A stretch of DNA of 64,000 nt from Raillietiella orientalis (Eukaryota): the NCBI GenBank assembly GCA_036172245.1, contig JAYWIR010000009.1, positions 3,410,001-3,474,000 on the forward strand, in the 5' to 3' direction. The position numbers were made by a program, and so were the translations under genes. This document shows, piece by piece, positions 13,506 to 24,601 of the stretch. The notes below the pieces were generated by a model. That model made no database searches. It saw nothing but the letters and a program-made list of their open reading frames with translations, and was not told the DNA's origin. Numbering within the stretch: the first letter of the stretch is position 1; each line of letters begins with the position of its first letter.

Positions 13506-15584
13506 GTGTAACCCAACTAACTGCTCAGGGAGCTGTCACGGGCTCCTCTGCGGGATGACGCGAGGAGGCACCAACGCGCCACCAACACTGTGGATGAAAA
13601 CTGCTCTGTCAAGAAAAAAGAAAAGAAAAAAGTCATTATTCAGATCGATGGATACCAAAAAAATCCATGGATACCGTCCTATGTACAACGCCGTGCACGT
13701 TACCGACTTGGGGATCACTTATAGACCTCGTGGCGGAGGGAAGGGGGAAGTGGGGGGGGGGGGCGCCAAGCACGAAAGAAAAAAGACACGTCCAGAAATA
13801 GAGATAAAAATAAAACGGGAACCGTTTCCAGGAGGAGGCAACCACCTTAGGGCAAGAGGGGTTTGGAAGGGCTGAGTGTGCGGGCTTTGGTGAATGCGAT
13901 CAGCTTCCGACGCAGGACCGCCCTCTTGACCGCGACGCGACGGGAGGACAGGGAAGCACGAGCGCGAAATCCGAAGACTTCATCCAGAGAGGATCATCAC
14001 AGTGGAATTCTCGGCGATGAACCCTTTGAGGCCTACCTCAACTCTCAGCTGCCTTGAGCAAGATGGCCGCGTTTATTTGCCTTCACGACGATTTCGCGCG
14101 GAAACGATGGGTTTCAGGCTCTTCCGGTTGCATCTTCGTGGGGCCGCTGGAGATTCGGAAGGGATCCTTTTTTTTTTTTGTATGATTGCTCCTCCTGCGT
14201 CAGTTTTTGTCCCCGAGGCAATGAAATCTCGGATGAGGAATCAGCAGCACACGCTCCATTCCTTGCACGGCACCAACAGATTGGAACTGAGATTGAAATA
14301 ACGGAGAACTGGCGGCCATCGTAACAAACAGCCTGTGGGCTGGCACAAGAAGCGTGAAGACTACGCCTGCACCACGACGGGTACTCTTTCTGGAATGGGA
14401 AGCTCTTCGGCAGATGACGTCATCGGCAGCGTTCCGCATTGCGAAGAGAGCTGATTTTTCCTTCAGGTTCCACCGGCCTCAGTTCAGACGATGGCGACCG
14501 CACCCGCAACAGGAGGCCCAGCCGAGCCAACTTTTGACCCGTACGGCCGCGCACACGGCGAGTGCGCACACGCGTGTACGCAGAACGAGCCCAAGAAGAT
14601 GGACGGCGGACATCTGCGCGGGCGGCATCCTTTCCTTCTGGCTCAGGAAAACTCCGAGCTCGGTTGCATGGAAACGACAATTCAGCGCCGAGCTTCGCTT
14701 TCCAGCCTGATCGAAGGAGGGCGACTTCGGTCGCGCCCGCTCTTCCCCGCTCGGGGTCTCGTGCTTCGGGATGGTCCTGCTCTCCCGCAACCGCGTGCGC
14801 AACTACGTGATCCGGCCGGGTGGACGAGAGATCGCACGGGGTCGCAGCGCGGCCGAGGACGCCCGCGCTGCGGGCGCATGCGGAACGGTCAGAGGATCTG
14901 CAAGTTTCATTTCTCACCCGCGGCTTTAGACCCCCGTTCACCCGCGCACGCCGTGCTGACCACACGGAGGTGGAAGGTGCACTTCCTGTTTCGCTGCATC
15001 AACCGCGCCACTCCCGGACCTTGGTCGGCGCGCTTCCCTGGCCACGCTCAGCAGCGGCGTTCCCGACGCTGCTTTTCCAACCCTCTGCGTTCCTCAGCTC
15101 GCCGGAAGGGGAACAACTCTTTTTCTGTACACCTTTGCCGTGCAAACATGCGCTGGGACGAAGGTTGACCTGTCCTTCTTAGACCAAGTGCGGCGTCGGA
15201 GTGTTCGACTGGGCCTCTCAGGGTGCAGCTCTGCGCCCTGTCTTTTGCCTTAAGTACACAGGGGATTGCGGGAGCACTTCCTGCACGGGGATGCACGATG
15301 ACCGTTCTCCTGGGATGCGGAAGGGCGGAACTACCTAGGCGCGTCCCTCGGACGAGCGAAGATGAATGCTACATCTTGAGAGCCCACGGTGCACCACCGC
15401 GCCTCAGCGACAACCAGCGGGGAGCATTCCCTAAAGCCCCGAGCGCCGGCCGTCTGCTCGACGTCCCCTCGTCGACGGTCACTTAATACGCTCTTCGGGC
15501 GCGGTCAGCAACGGCACGAGACTTGCGCGATTTCGAGATGCTTGCCTGCAGCAGCACATAGCGCTTCCACGATGGGAACAGCGC

Positions 15585-15828
15585 GCCCTCTAGAGAAATC
15601 GGGAAGCATCCCTTCGGATTCCTCTTCAGAGGAGGAGGAAACCAGGAGCGTTTCCCTTGAGGTTTCCCTCCGGAGAAGAAATGGAGAGCGGTTCCCTGCC
15701 CTCCCTCCCACAAACCTGGAGGTCCATCCGGAGAAAACAAGGAAGAGGCGGTTTCCTTCGGGGTTCCCCTCTCGGGCTCAAGGGGAACGGACTCCTTCCT
15801 TCTCTGGAACCTACCTGGATTCATGGGG
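15585..15828 (+). mobile_element. Internal fragment of the tRNA-headed repeat body, copy II
   Basis: CCCTCTAGAGAAATCGGGAAG...GGATTCCTCTTCAGAGGAGG...GAACGGACTCCTTCC...CTGGATTCATGGGG matches 38865-39070 and the reverse complement of 12910-13160. Confidence 0.7.
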
Positions 15829-16903
15829 AAAGATCCACAGCGTGCGAGAGGCGGGGTGTGGCTGCCTACAGAGAGGCGTCAACACTCGCAATCCGTTGGA
15901 GGAGATCGTCCGCAACCCGCAGAAGATGAGGTGGGTCTCGTCTACTCCCCTTTTCCCGTGCTGCCCTCCCTAAGGGACGCAGGGGACGGCGTCATCCCGG
16001 CAGGGTGGGAAGCGACTTGCTGCACAGCAGCAAAGAAGAAACTTCTGGGAGGCTGGACAACTCTGGAGGTGGCGGACGCTGCGGCCCCGAGTGTCCCCCG
16101 CCAAACCGACTTGTACGCTGGGGAGAGCTGCCCGGCATCCCTCCGGAGAGAAGGGGAAGTGGCCCCCAGCGTGCTGGATCAGTGGCTCCTTTCCCCCCGA
16201 GTGGCGGGAGTCGGCGTTGCTGGTGGTGCGTGGGAAGGAAAATCCCGTGCGAAGCGCGCCTTCACCATTGCACACGGAAAGGGTGGGGGGAGGGGAGGGG
16301 AGCTGGAGGGCGGCAGGCGCGGGGAGAAGGACACCCTCCCGCGTCTGCTGTTGGACCGTGCTGCCCTCCGACCCCTTTGCGATCTCCTCGCGACGGTCCC
16401 AGGATTCCCGGCGGGCAGCCCCCGGGACATTTTCAGACGCCTGTTCGTGCGCAGTGCCGCGCTGATGCCAGCCGCGTCCCTCCCGCAGTTCTCTGCGGTC
16501 TTCGCATGGGGCCTACCGACCTGGAACTCCCAAAACGGCAGGAGCACCGTTCACTGGGGGGGTGGGGGGGGATCTCCCTTGGGAACGCCTCGAGATGGCT
16601 CCATCTGGGCTCTATACGGATGGAACTTGCCAGCATACTGAGCAGGATGCAGAGGACGCCTGGTAGCGTACCGTGATCCCTTCCTCTATCCCCCCCTCCC
16701 ATCCTCCTCGGGTATAAACTCTCCGTCTCTGCTTTATTTATCTTGTTTGTGTTTTCCCCTCCCCCACGCTGCCGAGGCGGGCCTCGCCGGTCTGCGCACC
16801 GCTCTTCGGCAGGTACATTGCGCGTGGTAGAACCAACGGTTCCACCACACCAATGCATTCTTGTTATTCTACATAATAAATGCCCCAGCATTACCGGGTG
16901 ATA
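15818..16903 (+). mobile_element. Tx1-like 3' fragment; right arm of inverted repeat
   Basis: WGKIHSVREAGCGCLQRGVNTRNPLEEIVRNPQK aligns to WAKISGSSGVDFSCLRRGRYSGQPLLEIVSNPQK of the host element. The fragment ends AATAAATGCCCCAGCATTACCGGGTGATAAT. Confidence 0.85.
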
Positions 16904-16989
16904 ATCATTCTCTGGGTATCCTCTTCGAATGTTTAAAAGCAACCAGACATCCCATCAACAAAGTCTGCACGATGCACGCATTTTTTTTT

Positions 16990-19500
16990 TGGTTTCAAAC
17001 TGGTACTGAATTTCTCCTCTCCCGGAAAAAGCCAAAGATACATGGGGAGTCATTCGAACAGCTTTCAGCTTCTTTCACGCGAAGCTACGATTTGAGGAAG
17101 ACAATGTGGAGGTGGCCCGAAGAAGGAATACCAGGGGAGTCCAAGAGCAATGAAGTCGACAGATGGAATCCACGGGCGAATCCCAACTGCATTATTGTAT
17201 CGGAGGCTGAAGTGGTTCGCCGTGTTCAAGAACTCATTGGACACGAGATGTTTTCTTTTTCATTTCCCATACACTCTTCATTTATTTACGCCCGTTCTTC
17301 ACATATTGCAACCCTTCGGGCTTCGGGGAGCTCCAAATATAAACATTTCTGCATCCCGAATCGCCTCCTACTGTTGTCCTGCTCATGCTTTCGTGAATCT
17401 CAGCAGATTCTGATGCAGCCATTATGAGATCCATATACAAGCAGAGTGCACTCAACAAAACAACTGAACTTCTATGAAGGCATTTCCTCTGCAAACTGAG
17501 CATGTACCTAGCAATACATCAGGACAGACAAGTCTGCGACGGCGAGCTTCCACCTGCTGTGTCTCATGAACACAACCCTGCTTCCAGGATTTCGTTTCCC
17601 GAGAAACCGCTTTGCCCGGCAAACGTGCTGCACAGCAGCCTCCCGTGGTGGGCGGAAGCTTGCTCTCCCCTGATGGCTTCCGAGGCGTCGTACCCACTGC
17701 TCTGTGAGCGAAAGGAAGGCTTCCCGAACGGTCGCCGTTCGAAGAACGGTTCTTGCAGACACTCCCTGCTGCGGGAGTGGGACCGTCGAGAATTCACTCG
17801 CTGTTTCCAACATTTTGCGTTCTTCGGAGGGAAGTTCATCCGGCGTTGCATCTGCTAACAGCAACGGATCGCCGAGGTTCCGCGGAGTTGAGCACTTCCA
17901 GACAAAGATCATTCCAGAATCGAAGGACAGAGAGAGAGAGAAGAAGAGCAATGTGAAATGAAGGAAAATGGAAGATGGGATGGCGCATGGGGATGGCAAG
18001 ACCAGCTTCATTATGAGCTGACAAATCTCTTGGAGGAAGAAGTGGACCGTGCATGCATCTTTTCTGTTCCTTCCTGCCGGGTGCCATTTTCTGCACCTCC
18101 ATCCACATAATGAATCGCCGCTGTCCCACTACTGTCATTGTCATCAGTTTCGGGTCATTTGTCCCAGATGATCTGCAGGCTCTGCGCTTGCGAGAAACAT
18201 CCAGAAGTTTGCAAAGGATCCGCAGGAGGTCAAAGGAATCCAGGAGCGTAAATTGGATGTAACTCATCATCGCTTAAGAAAAAGATGGGAATTTGTCATT
18301 ATGGATACGATTTGAGGAGAGAGCCTTCTGCTATGTCATCGAAAACAACCGATTTAATTGCATTCTGCCTCATTGGACTCGAGGTGTTTGTCTCCGTATT
18401 CCGGTCCATTAAGCGCATTGGCAACAGCAGCATGCGGAAAGTAGCAAAGAAGGGATGCTGGCCAGCATTTTGTCGAAGCTCACAGCAGCGAGCACGGAGC
18501 TGCAGGAATCCATCTGGCCACGGCTCGATCGAATGCATGCAACTTTTCCGCCCACGTGCTGTCAACCACAAGAAATCCACAAGTGGCGCTTCCGCAGCTG
18601 TGCGACCCGGCACGACCCACGAAGAACTGCCCGCCCTGTGGCCTCAAAGAAAACCTGCAGGTGCCCTTGAGTTTCTTCGGGTAACGACGCTGGTGCCCGG
18701 AAAAGAGAAATGGACCCTTTCCTGCCCTCTTGATTTCACACCCTCTGGAGACTACCAGGGGGATGCGGATGCCATTCCCAGCACAAGTTCAGCAATGCCC
18801 GAACGTTGTCCGCGCCTGTGACCCCTCAGGGTGACAGTGGATGGGAATTGGCCGTCGTAAAAGATGATAGCGGACCCATGAAGAGGATGCTTGCAGTCTG
18901 ATTTGATGTCCCGCCCTCAGATGTCTTCTCCCGGTCAGCAAGCATTCTGTGGTCATGTGTGAATGGCCGTAGAAAGGGCTTCCTGGATTTTCTGGATTTC
19001 CATCCAGACACCGAAAGCACGATGGAGGTCGACAGCATTTCAATGCAGTGCAGATGCAGGCAAATGGTTAATGCAGGATGAGCGAATTGCAACGAATCTC
19101 CTGGAGCTTGTGGCCATATGGCAGGTAGCATTGGCCGAATCTTGGCCAGCATTTTCCGCTCGCTTGACGATCAGCTGCAAGAAGCACCGTCTCACATCTG
19201 ATGCTTCAGCACATCTGTTGCGCATCAAACCTCATCTTGCAAGTGGATGCAGGACTTTTTTTCTCGTTGATTCTCTTTGCCTCTCTGTACGAAGACCACG
19301 ACTTTTGCAGTTTTGCAATTCCTCTATGTATGAAAATGCCAAACGATTCCTTCAGCAGCTGCAAACAACAGGATCTCGGTATTCCTTCTTCCTTGCACAC
19401 TGTGGCTATGAGGTGATGTCTTCGGATCTAAGTGGACGAGGGTAGCACTCTCGTGGACAAGTTCCCTCAACGGATGCTGTTTCTCTGATCAAACATCTCC
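16990..19500 (+). pseudogene. Unidentified degenerate coding-like remnant
   Basis: A mosaic of protein-like peptides lies in shifting + frames (e.g. RFEERAFCYVIENNRFNCILPHW, KWLMQDERIATNLLELVAIWQVALA, YENAKRFLQQLQ), interrupted by stops. No family was recognised. Confidence 0.3.
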
Positions 19501-19980
19501 TACATTGCTCTCATGGGCGAAGGACTAACCTTCCCTAACCCCCCTACCTACTTGCCCTTCTCATACAGAGAGGAATTGCGGCTGCAGAGATCTGATCGCA
19601 CGTGGGGTCTCGCTGCTTCTTGCAGCCAAAGAATTTACCAACATTGATGAATGCTACCATATGACCTCTTACAACAGGTGTTGCCATCACCAACGAAGCT
19701 AATCTCAATCTCGGTAGCTCATCTGTTCTGCGAGTTATCAACTATACGCAGAGCCGAAACGGACTAGGGAAGTACGAAGGGCAGAAACCCCCGACTACCC
19801 TTAAAAAAGCAATCTGAGTAAATCGAACCGTTTCCCATAGGCAAAGAGGGCATTTATTTCATTGAAGTTCTTGGGCACTGCAAGTTCCATTCGCGGCCAT
19901 CACCGTTCGAATAGGAGAATTTGATGGCCTTTACCGTCAGTTGATGCCCTCTGGACAGTGGCCTGTGCTGCGAACGTTCA

Positions 19981-21738
19981 TTACTGTTGTAAACAAAAGG
20001 AAACCTCTGGACAAGAACATGCCTTCCGTGGAAGACTATCCTGCAGTGGGTGCGAGTGAACGGCTCGGGACTGGAGCCTTTCTTTTGAGATCTTAAACCT
20101 TCTGATGTACGCACTGCGTAAGGTGCTCACTGTCTCCAAAAAAAACACCAAAATGGAGATCATGGAAGCAAAGACAGCTATGCACTGGAGCTGCAGTGAC
20201 TTCAGTGAGTAAAATTGATTCTTGAAATGCATCACTTTCTCCTGGAAAAGGATTGCGTTCTCTTCTCGTCTTTCGGAAGAGACGTGATAATCGATAAATC
20301 CCGACTCGAGCATCTGTGTCAGCACAGGGTCGAAAGCTTCTTTCAGATGCTTCCGGGTGCTCGTGTAAATGCCCGCCTGTGCTACCAGGAAGGCCCTCTT
20401 GGCTAGATAGAAAGACTGGGCACTTTCCACGCTATCCTCCATGAGTCTAAGCGTTAGCAGGAAAAAGTCTCTTGACACCACTAGCGCAAACCGGTCCTTT
20501 TCGGTCTTCATTTTTTGCAATGCGCCCGCAAGGGTCAAGTTTCTATCGCTCAGTCGATAACCCATGAGACGCAAATGTTCCCTATACCTAGGAGGAACAA
20601 ACAGAACCTCGAGATTGCCTTTTTTGATATCTCTGATGTCGTCAACAAATCGGAAACAATTCTCTTTTAACATGATAGGTGACAAGTATGCTGTAGATAA
20701 GGAAGAAATAACAAGGAGGTACCATGCGGAAGCGAGCAATGCAAATTTGTAGGTTCGCCGCGTCCTCCGCTTTCGATCTTCTTGGCTCGGTGGCGCGAGA
20801 AGAAGATGGAATATCCAGAGATGTGGTCTGTTGCTGCGCTTGCCAGGGAGTCTCGAAGAAGCTCGCAGAGAAATCCACAATAACAAGACAACCCCACCCA
20901 TCCCCAACCACACGGAGGTGTCGAAACTCTCGATGAAAGAGTAAAGGGACACTTCGCAGGTGTCGTTCCACGTGGGAGCCGTGATGATGTCCACGTACTG
21001 GACATACGCAACCTTCAACAGCTGCACTTCGGGACTGAGCAAACGTGCCCGACGTGCCCAAAGTCCTCCTATAGCAATGTCTGATGCTTTTTGTTGCAGA
21101 GGTAATATGCAGAGTTCCCAAGAGTAAATGTCGTACACGTTGGTTTGCACGACCACCGTGTAAGTGAAATTGAGCCTTTCGGCTAAGAATTCTATGATTT
21201 TCATGTCGATGCCACCGAATTTGCCTTCTTCAGTGATGAAAAAGTAAGGTTTGAGGAGCAGTGCGCATATGTGGAATTTCTGTCCCTGAAAATTTTGGAA
21301 TCTTCCCATCGCCGCAGGGCGGGTCAGCGTCTTCGGATCCGATTGAGGTGGGAGGTCGGCTGTGTTCCCTCGACTGCCAGTCTTGAGCAAGCCGTGCGTC
21401 GACCAGAGCGCCTGGTGCCGTTGCGGACGCTGTGCAGATGGCTGGTCCGTGAGTTCATTGGCGAAGATGGCGTAAAGCGATTTCATCTCTGTGGACTTGG
21501 GGAAGCCCTCGAAGTTACATCCTACTGAGCTGAAGTGTTCGAACTCTGGAAGGACGTCGGTGTTGTTCGCGAACAAACACTTCAGGGACGAGAACACGGT
21601 TCTGCTGCTGTTTCTGACAGCTGCAGCGATCTGACGGTAGGTGTGATCGTGACCCTTCTTGCACACAAGGAATTCACCAACACTGCACAAAAGCACCAAA
21701 CGCAGGGATGCAACAGGGATGCCCAGTTTCTGATGCAT
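19981..21738 (-). CDS. Divergent ionotropic receptor (IR / iGluR-related chemoreceptor), intronless
   Basis: The ORF is uninterrupted, with the first ATG at 21738 (585 aa; open to 21909). S1-like: KPYFFITEEGKFGGIDMKIIEFLAERLNFTY...DIAIGGL. M1: FDTSVWLGMGGVVLLLW. M2: WYLLVISSLSTAYLS. S2 end: LKEAFDPVLTQMLESGFIDY. M3: SLKSLQLQCIAVFASMISILVFFLE. Confidence 0.85.
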   Translation of the reverse strand: MHQKLGIPVASLRLVLLCSVGEFLVCKKGHDHTYRQIAAAVRNSSRTVFSSLKCLFANNTDVLPEFEHFSSVGCNFEGFPKSTEMKSLYAIFANELTDQPSAQRPQRHQALWSTHGLLKTGSRGNTADLPPQSDPKTLTRPAAMGRFQNFQGQKFHICALLLKPYFFITEEGKFGGIDMKIIEFLAERLNFTYTVVVQTNVYDIYSWELCILPLQQKASDIAIGGLWARRARLLSPEVQLLKVAYVQYVDIITAPTWNDTCEVSLYSFIESFDTSVWLGMGGVVLLLWISLRASSRLPGKRSNRPHLWIFHLLLAPPSQEDRKRRTRRTYKFALLASAWYLLVISSLSTAYLSPIMLKENCFRFVDDIRDIKKGNLEVLFVPPRYREHLRLMGYRLSDRNLTLAGALQKMKTEKDRFALVVSRDFFLLTLRLMEDSVESAQSFYLAKRAFLVAQAGIYTSTRKHLKEAFDPVLTQMLESGFIDYHVSSERREENAILFQEKVMHFKNQFYSLKSLQLQCIAVFASMISILVFFLETVSTLRSAYIRRFKISKERLQSRAVHSHPLQDSLPRKACSCPEVSFCLQQ

Positions 21739-22779
21739 CGAGGAGATCACCGATTCCACTCGTTCGAATCCGCCCCCTGAGCGAGCACCAGGGTGCAGCC
21801 TCGTCTTGCGAGGTGTCTTTCCTGAGTATTCAGTGCGCAAGCGCTGCTGGCACAACTGGCGAGTGCCTCCTGCGCTGCAGGTGCGCGAATCGCAAACGAT
21901 GGCGCTCAATTATTAACACGAAGGATATGCCTGCGCCTATAAAATATGCAAACTACGGCCGTTCCTTCTGCGGGAAGTACGTCCGGCGAGTGGCGCTCCC
22001 ATCGGCGGCGCGACGGCATTCGATGCACGTCCTGATTTACGGCTGCGTTTCATAATTCAAAAGGCATCATCTTCGGGCGTTCCCAATTACAAATTTCCCT
22101 GGGCAGCCTCACAATCCAAGCAACCTTTGAGATTTATTTGGTCAAGGAATGAAGGACGTGAATTATTCAGGCTCCGAGACATCGGCACCCACGATCGCTC
22201 GCGGGCTGCCGTTCTCGGGCGCGCGCCGAGGGCAGCAGCATCCCCGCGGCTGGCCTCCGAGAGGCACCCCTCCTTCGAGACGTTCCCGTTTGCTGTCCCT
22301 TGCCGGCGTCTCCCTTTTCAGCATCCACCGTCCCCGCCGCGTGCGCCGTAAGACTCTTCCGCCACCACGTCTTGCTCGCGACGCGGGGCCTTCCGCCGCC
22401 GAGGGCGGAGAACAAACTTCCGGAACGATCGATCTCGGATTCTCCGGGGGTCATCGGGATTTTCCTCAGCCCTCCTCGTGCCCTCCGGAGGAGAACGCGG
22501 GACGCGCAGCCGCGCGCGTCATTCGTTCTACGCAGCGTCCCCGCTTTCCTGTTCCCAGAGTTGCAGCTAGGAAGAAGGGAAACCGAAAGTGAAAGAATCA
22601 AGAATGGAATGAGAGGCCGAGGATGGAAGAGAGGTGAACGAATCGGAATTCGTCCTCCTCTCCTTCCACCTTCTGCGGTCTGCTGGAGAAGCCACTTGGG
22701 ACTGGCATGCAATCTGGCTGTCCCGTCCTTTATCCCAGTCCTGCGTCGCGCATCCCACTCTCGTGAGACTTCTCTAGGG

Positions 22780-24010
22780 CATTGGCACAGAGGTAACACT
22801 GTGCGTTCACCCCGCCGTACGTGCGGCAGTTGCTGAATGTCCTTAAGATGTCGGCACACATCTCCTCTTTGCAGGCTGTTGGCTACGCTCACCAGGACCA
22901 ACAGGTGGATCATGTGCCTCGCTGCCAATGGCAGTGCTTGGTTGCAGGAAACCGTCCGAAATAGTAATGCTTGATAGGGAGAAGACCTACGAACCACGCT
23001 AGGAACAGGCGCAGCGCTAACTGCACTGCTTTTGCAACTACTCGCTCCGAAAGCTCCTGAAACACCCCATGAAGAGTGCCGTATGCAAGAAAAACCTCCC
23101 TTGCCGCAGGGCTGCCTCCCCGAGGGAACATACGGGAAGCAGCCTCCTAGCTAGATGGTATGGAAAGCTTCTCCAGGAGAAGAGGACTGGGTAATTGGAC
23201 GACTGTCAAGCTTACAGACGCTGAGATGACGATTGACCCACCTCGAGGACTCTTGCGCTGGGCCGGGCTACTGGATATTCCGGAGGAAGACCTCCAGTGG
23301 TCACCAGTGCTTTTGGGCAGACGCATCCTCCGTTTGGATTGGCAGGAGTCTGCGTTGATGCTGCTGCACTGGGACCTCCCATGCAACGCTCGCCGGTCTC
23401 ACTGGACCCGGGGAGCTGTGGACCCCAACTGTTGCAGGTGCAGAGAACAGGTATCGCCCCCGCACCTGCTAGCAGACAGCGTTGTCCTCCGGTCCCTGTG
23501 GTTGCTTTATGCAACGGCCCTTCGTGCACCGAGAGACAATCCCAGGCACATGACAAAGCGCCTCTTCGAGCGCGATGCCCTTTCGCATGCGGCATCCCCA
23601 GAGGCTCTTTGCTGCTGCCCACGCGGGACTGTGGAGTCCTGGAGCTAGGCGAGAGGCTGACGGCGCCATTGGGATGCCATCTGCTTCGCCCTCAGCTCCA
23701 TGAAGACGGCAGCTAGGTGACCCCACCTGGGACATACTAAGAAGGAACTTGACGGCATCCTGGAAAGGATGCAGAGGATGCCCTCCAGCGGAATGTGATC
23801 TCTTCCCTAACTTCTCCAATTTTTGTATATACTTTTCTTTTAATTTTTTTTTTTTGTTTGCCCCTTCCCCCTCCGCTGCCGAGGAGGACCTCGCAGGCCG
23901 ATGTGCTGGTTAGTCGGCAGGTTCCGAGCATTTTCGAGCAATGTAGGGCCGATGAACCCACGCATGTATGCTTATTTTTTATAATAAACGCCCCGTCGTG
24001 ACCGGGTGAT
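22780..24010 (+). mobile_element. Tx1-like 3' fragment with zf-RVT-type CCHC region and structured 3' UTR (5' boundary approximate)
   Basis: Peptides NRWIMCLAANGSAWLQETV and GLLRWAGLLDIPEEDLQW...WQESALMLLHW...HWTRGAVDPNCCRCREQVSPPHLL. Terminus AATAAACGCCCCGTCGTGACCGGGTGAT. Confidence 0.85.
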
Positions 24011-24011
24011 A

Positions 24012-24601
24012 AAGAACTGTGCCAGGTGCGGCGAGCTGGAATCCCTACCGCACTTGCTTGTGGATTGCGTTGCTGTCCGGCTCCTCTGGGAACGCTTTGC
24101 CGTGACCCTAGGAACCCCCTGAGGAACTCCAGGCATGCTTTACAACCCCTACTCTTCCTACGCGACGCTCTTCGGTAGGCAGCCTCGTTGGCAGCCCTCT
24201 TCTGCTTATGCGGGATTGCGTCGCCATGCAGGGATGCAAGCGGAGGACCGAGCAACAGGGGTGCCACACCCACTTTGCCGTCTGATTCATAAGGATGGCA
24301 ACAAGATGGCCCCACCTGGAAACCAAATCCAGCAAGAATTGCCGGCATCCTCGAAACGACGCGGAGGACCTCCCCAGCAGGACGTCACCCCTTCTCGCAC
24401 CCCCACCCCTTCCTCCCAAGTTTATTTATTTTAGCTTTGCTTACTCTGCCGCCGAGGTGGACCTCACCGGTCTGCCTACCAGCAGCCTGGCAGGCTCCCG
24501 TTAAACTGCACTCGGCTGGACCAGGTCGGTCCAGCCACAGAGATTGTGAAAGTGTCTTTTTTATTTGTGGAATAAACGCCCTGTGGCACCCAGGTGATAA
24601 T
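24012..24601 (+). mobile_element. Short Tx1-like 3' fragment, head-to-tail with the preceding copy
   Basis: Begins at CARCGELESLPHLLVDC and contains RWPHLE. Terminus AATAAACGCCCTGTGGCACCCAGGTGATAAT. Confidence 0.85.

Larger units (their letters stand above)
11658..16896. repeat. Long inverted repeat: 1,024-bp arms 11658-12681 and 15873-16896, 3,191-bp spacer
   Basis: Identical ORF translations occur on opposite strands with a constant coordinate sum of 28554. One substitution was noticed (11687/16867). Confidence 0.95.

Noticed and set aside
16765..16860. HDV-like or hammerhead ribozyme in the 3' UTR
   Set aside because: I could not find the nested pseudoknot or the CUGAnGA/GAAA cores; kept only as an unknown structure.
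11658..16896. DNA transposon with 1-kb terminal inverted repeats
   Set aside because: The arms are retroelement 3' ends, no flanking TSD was found, and the spacer has no transposase.
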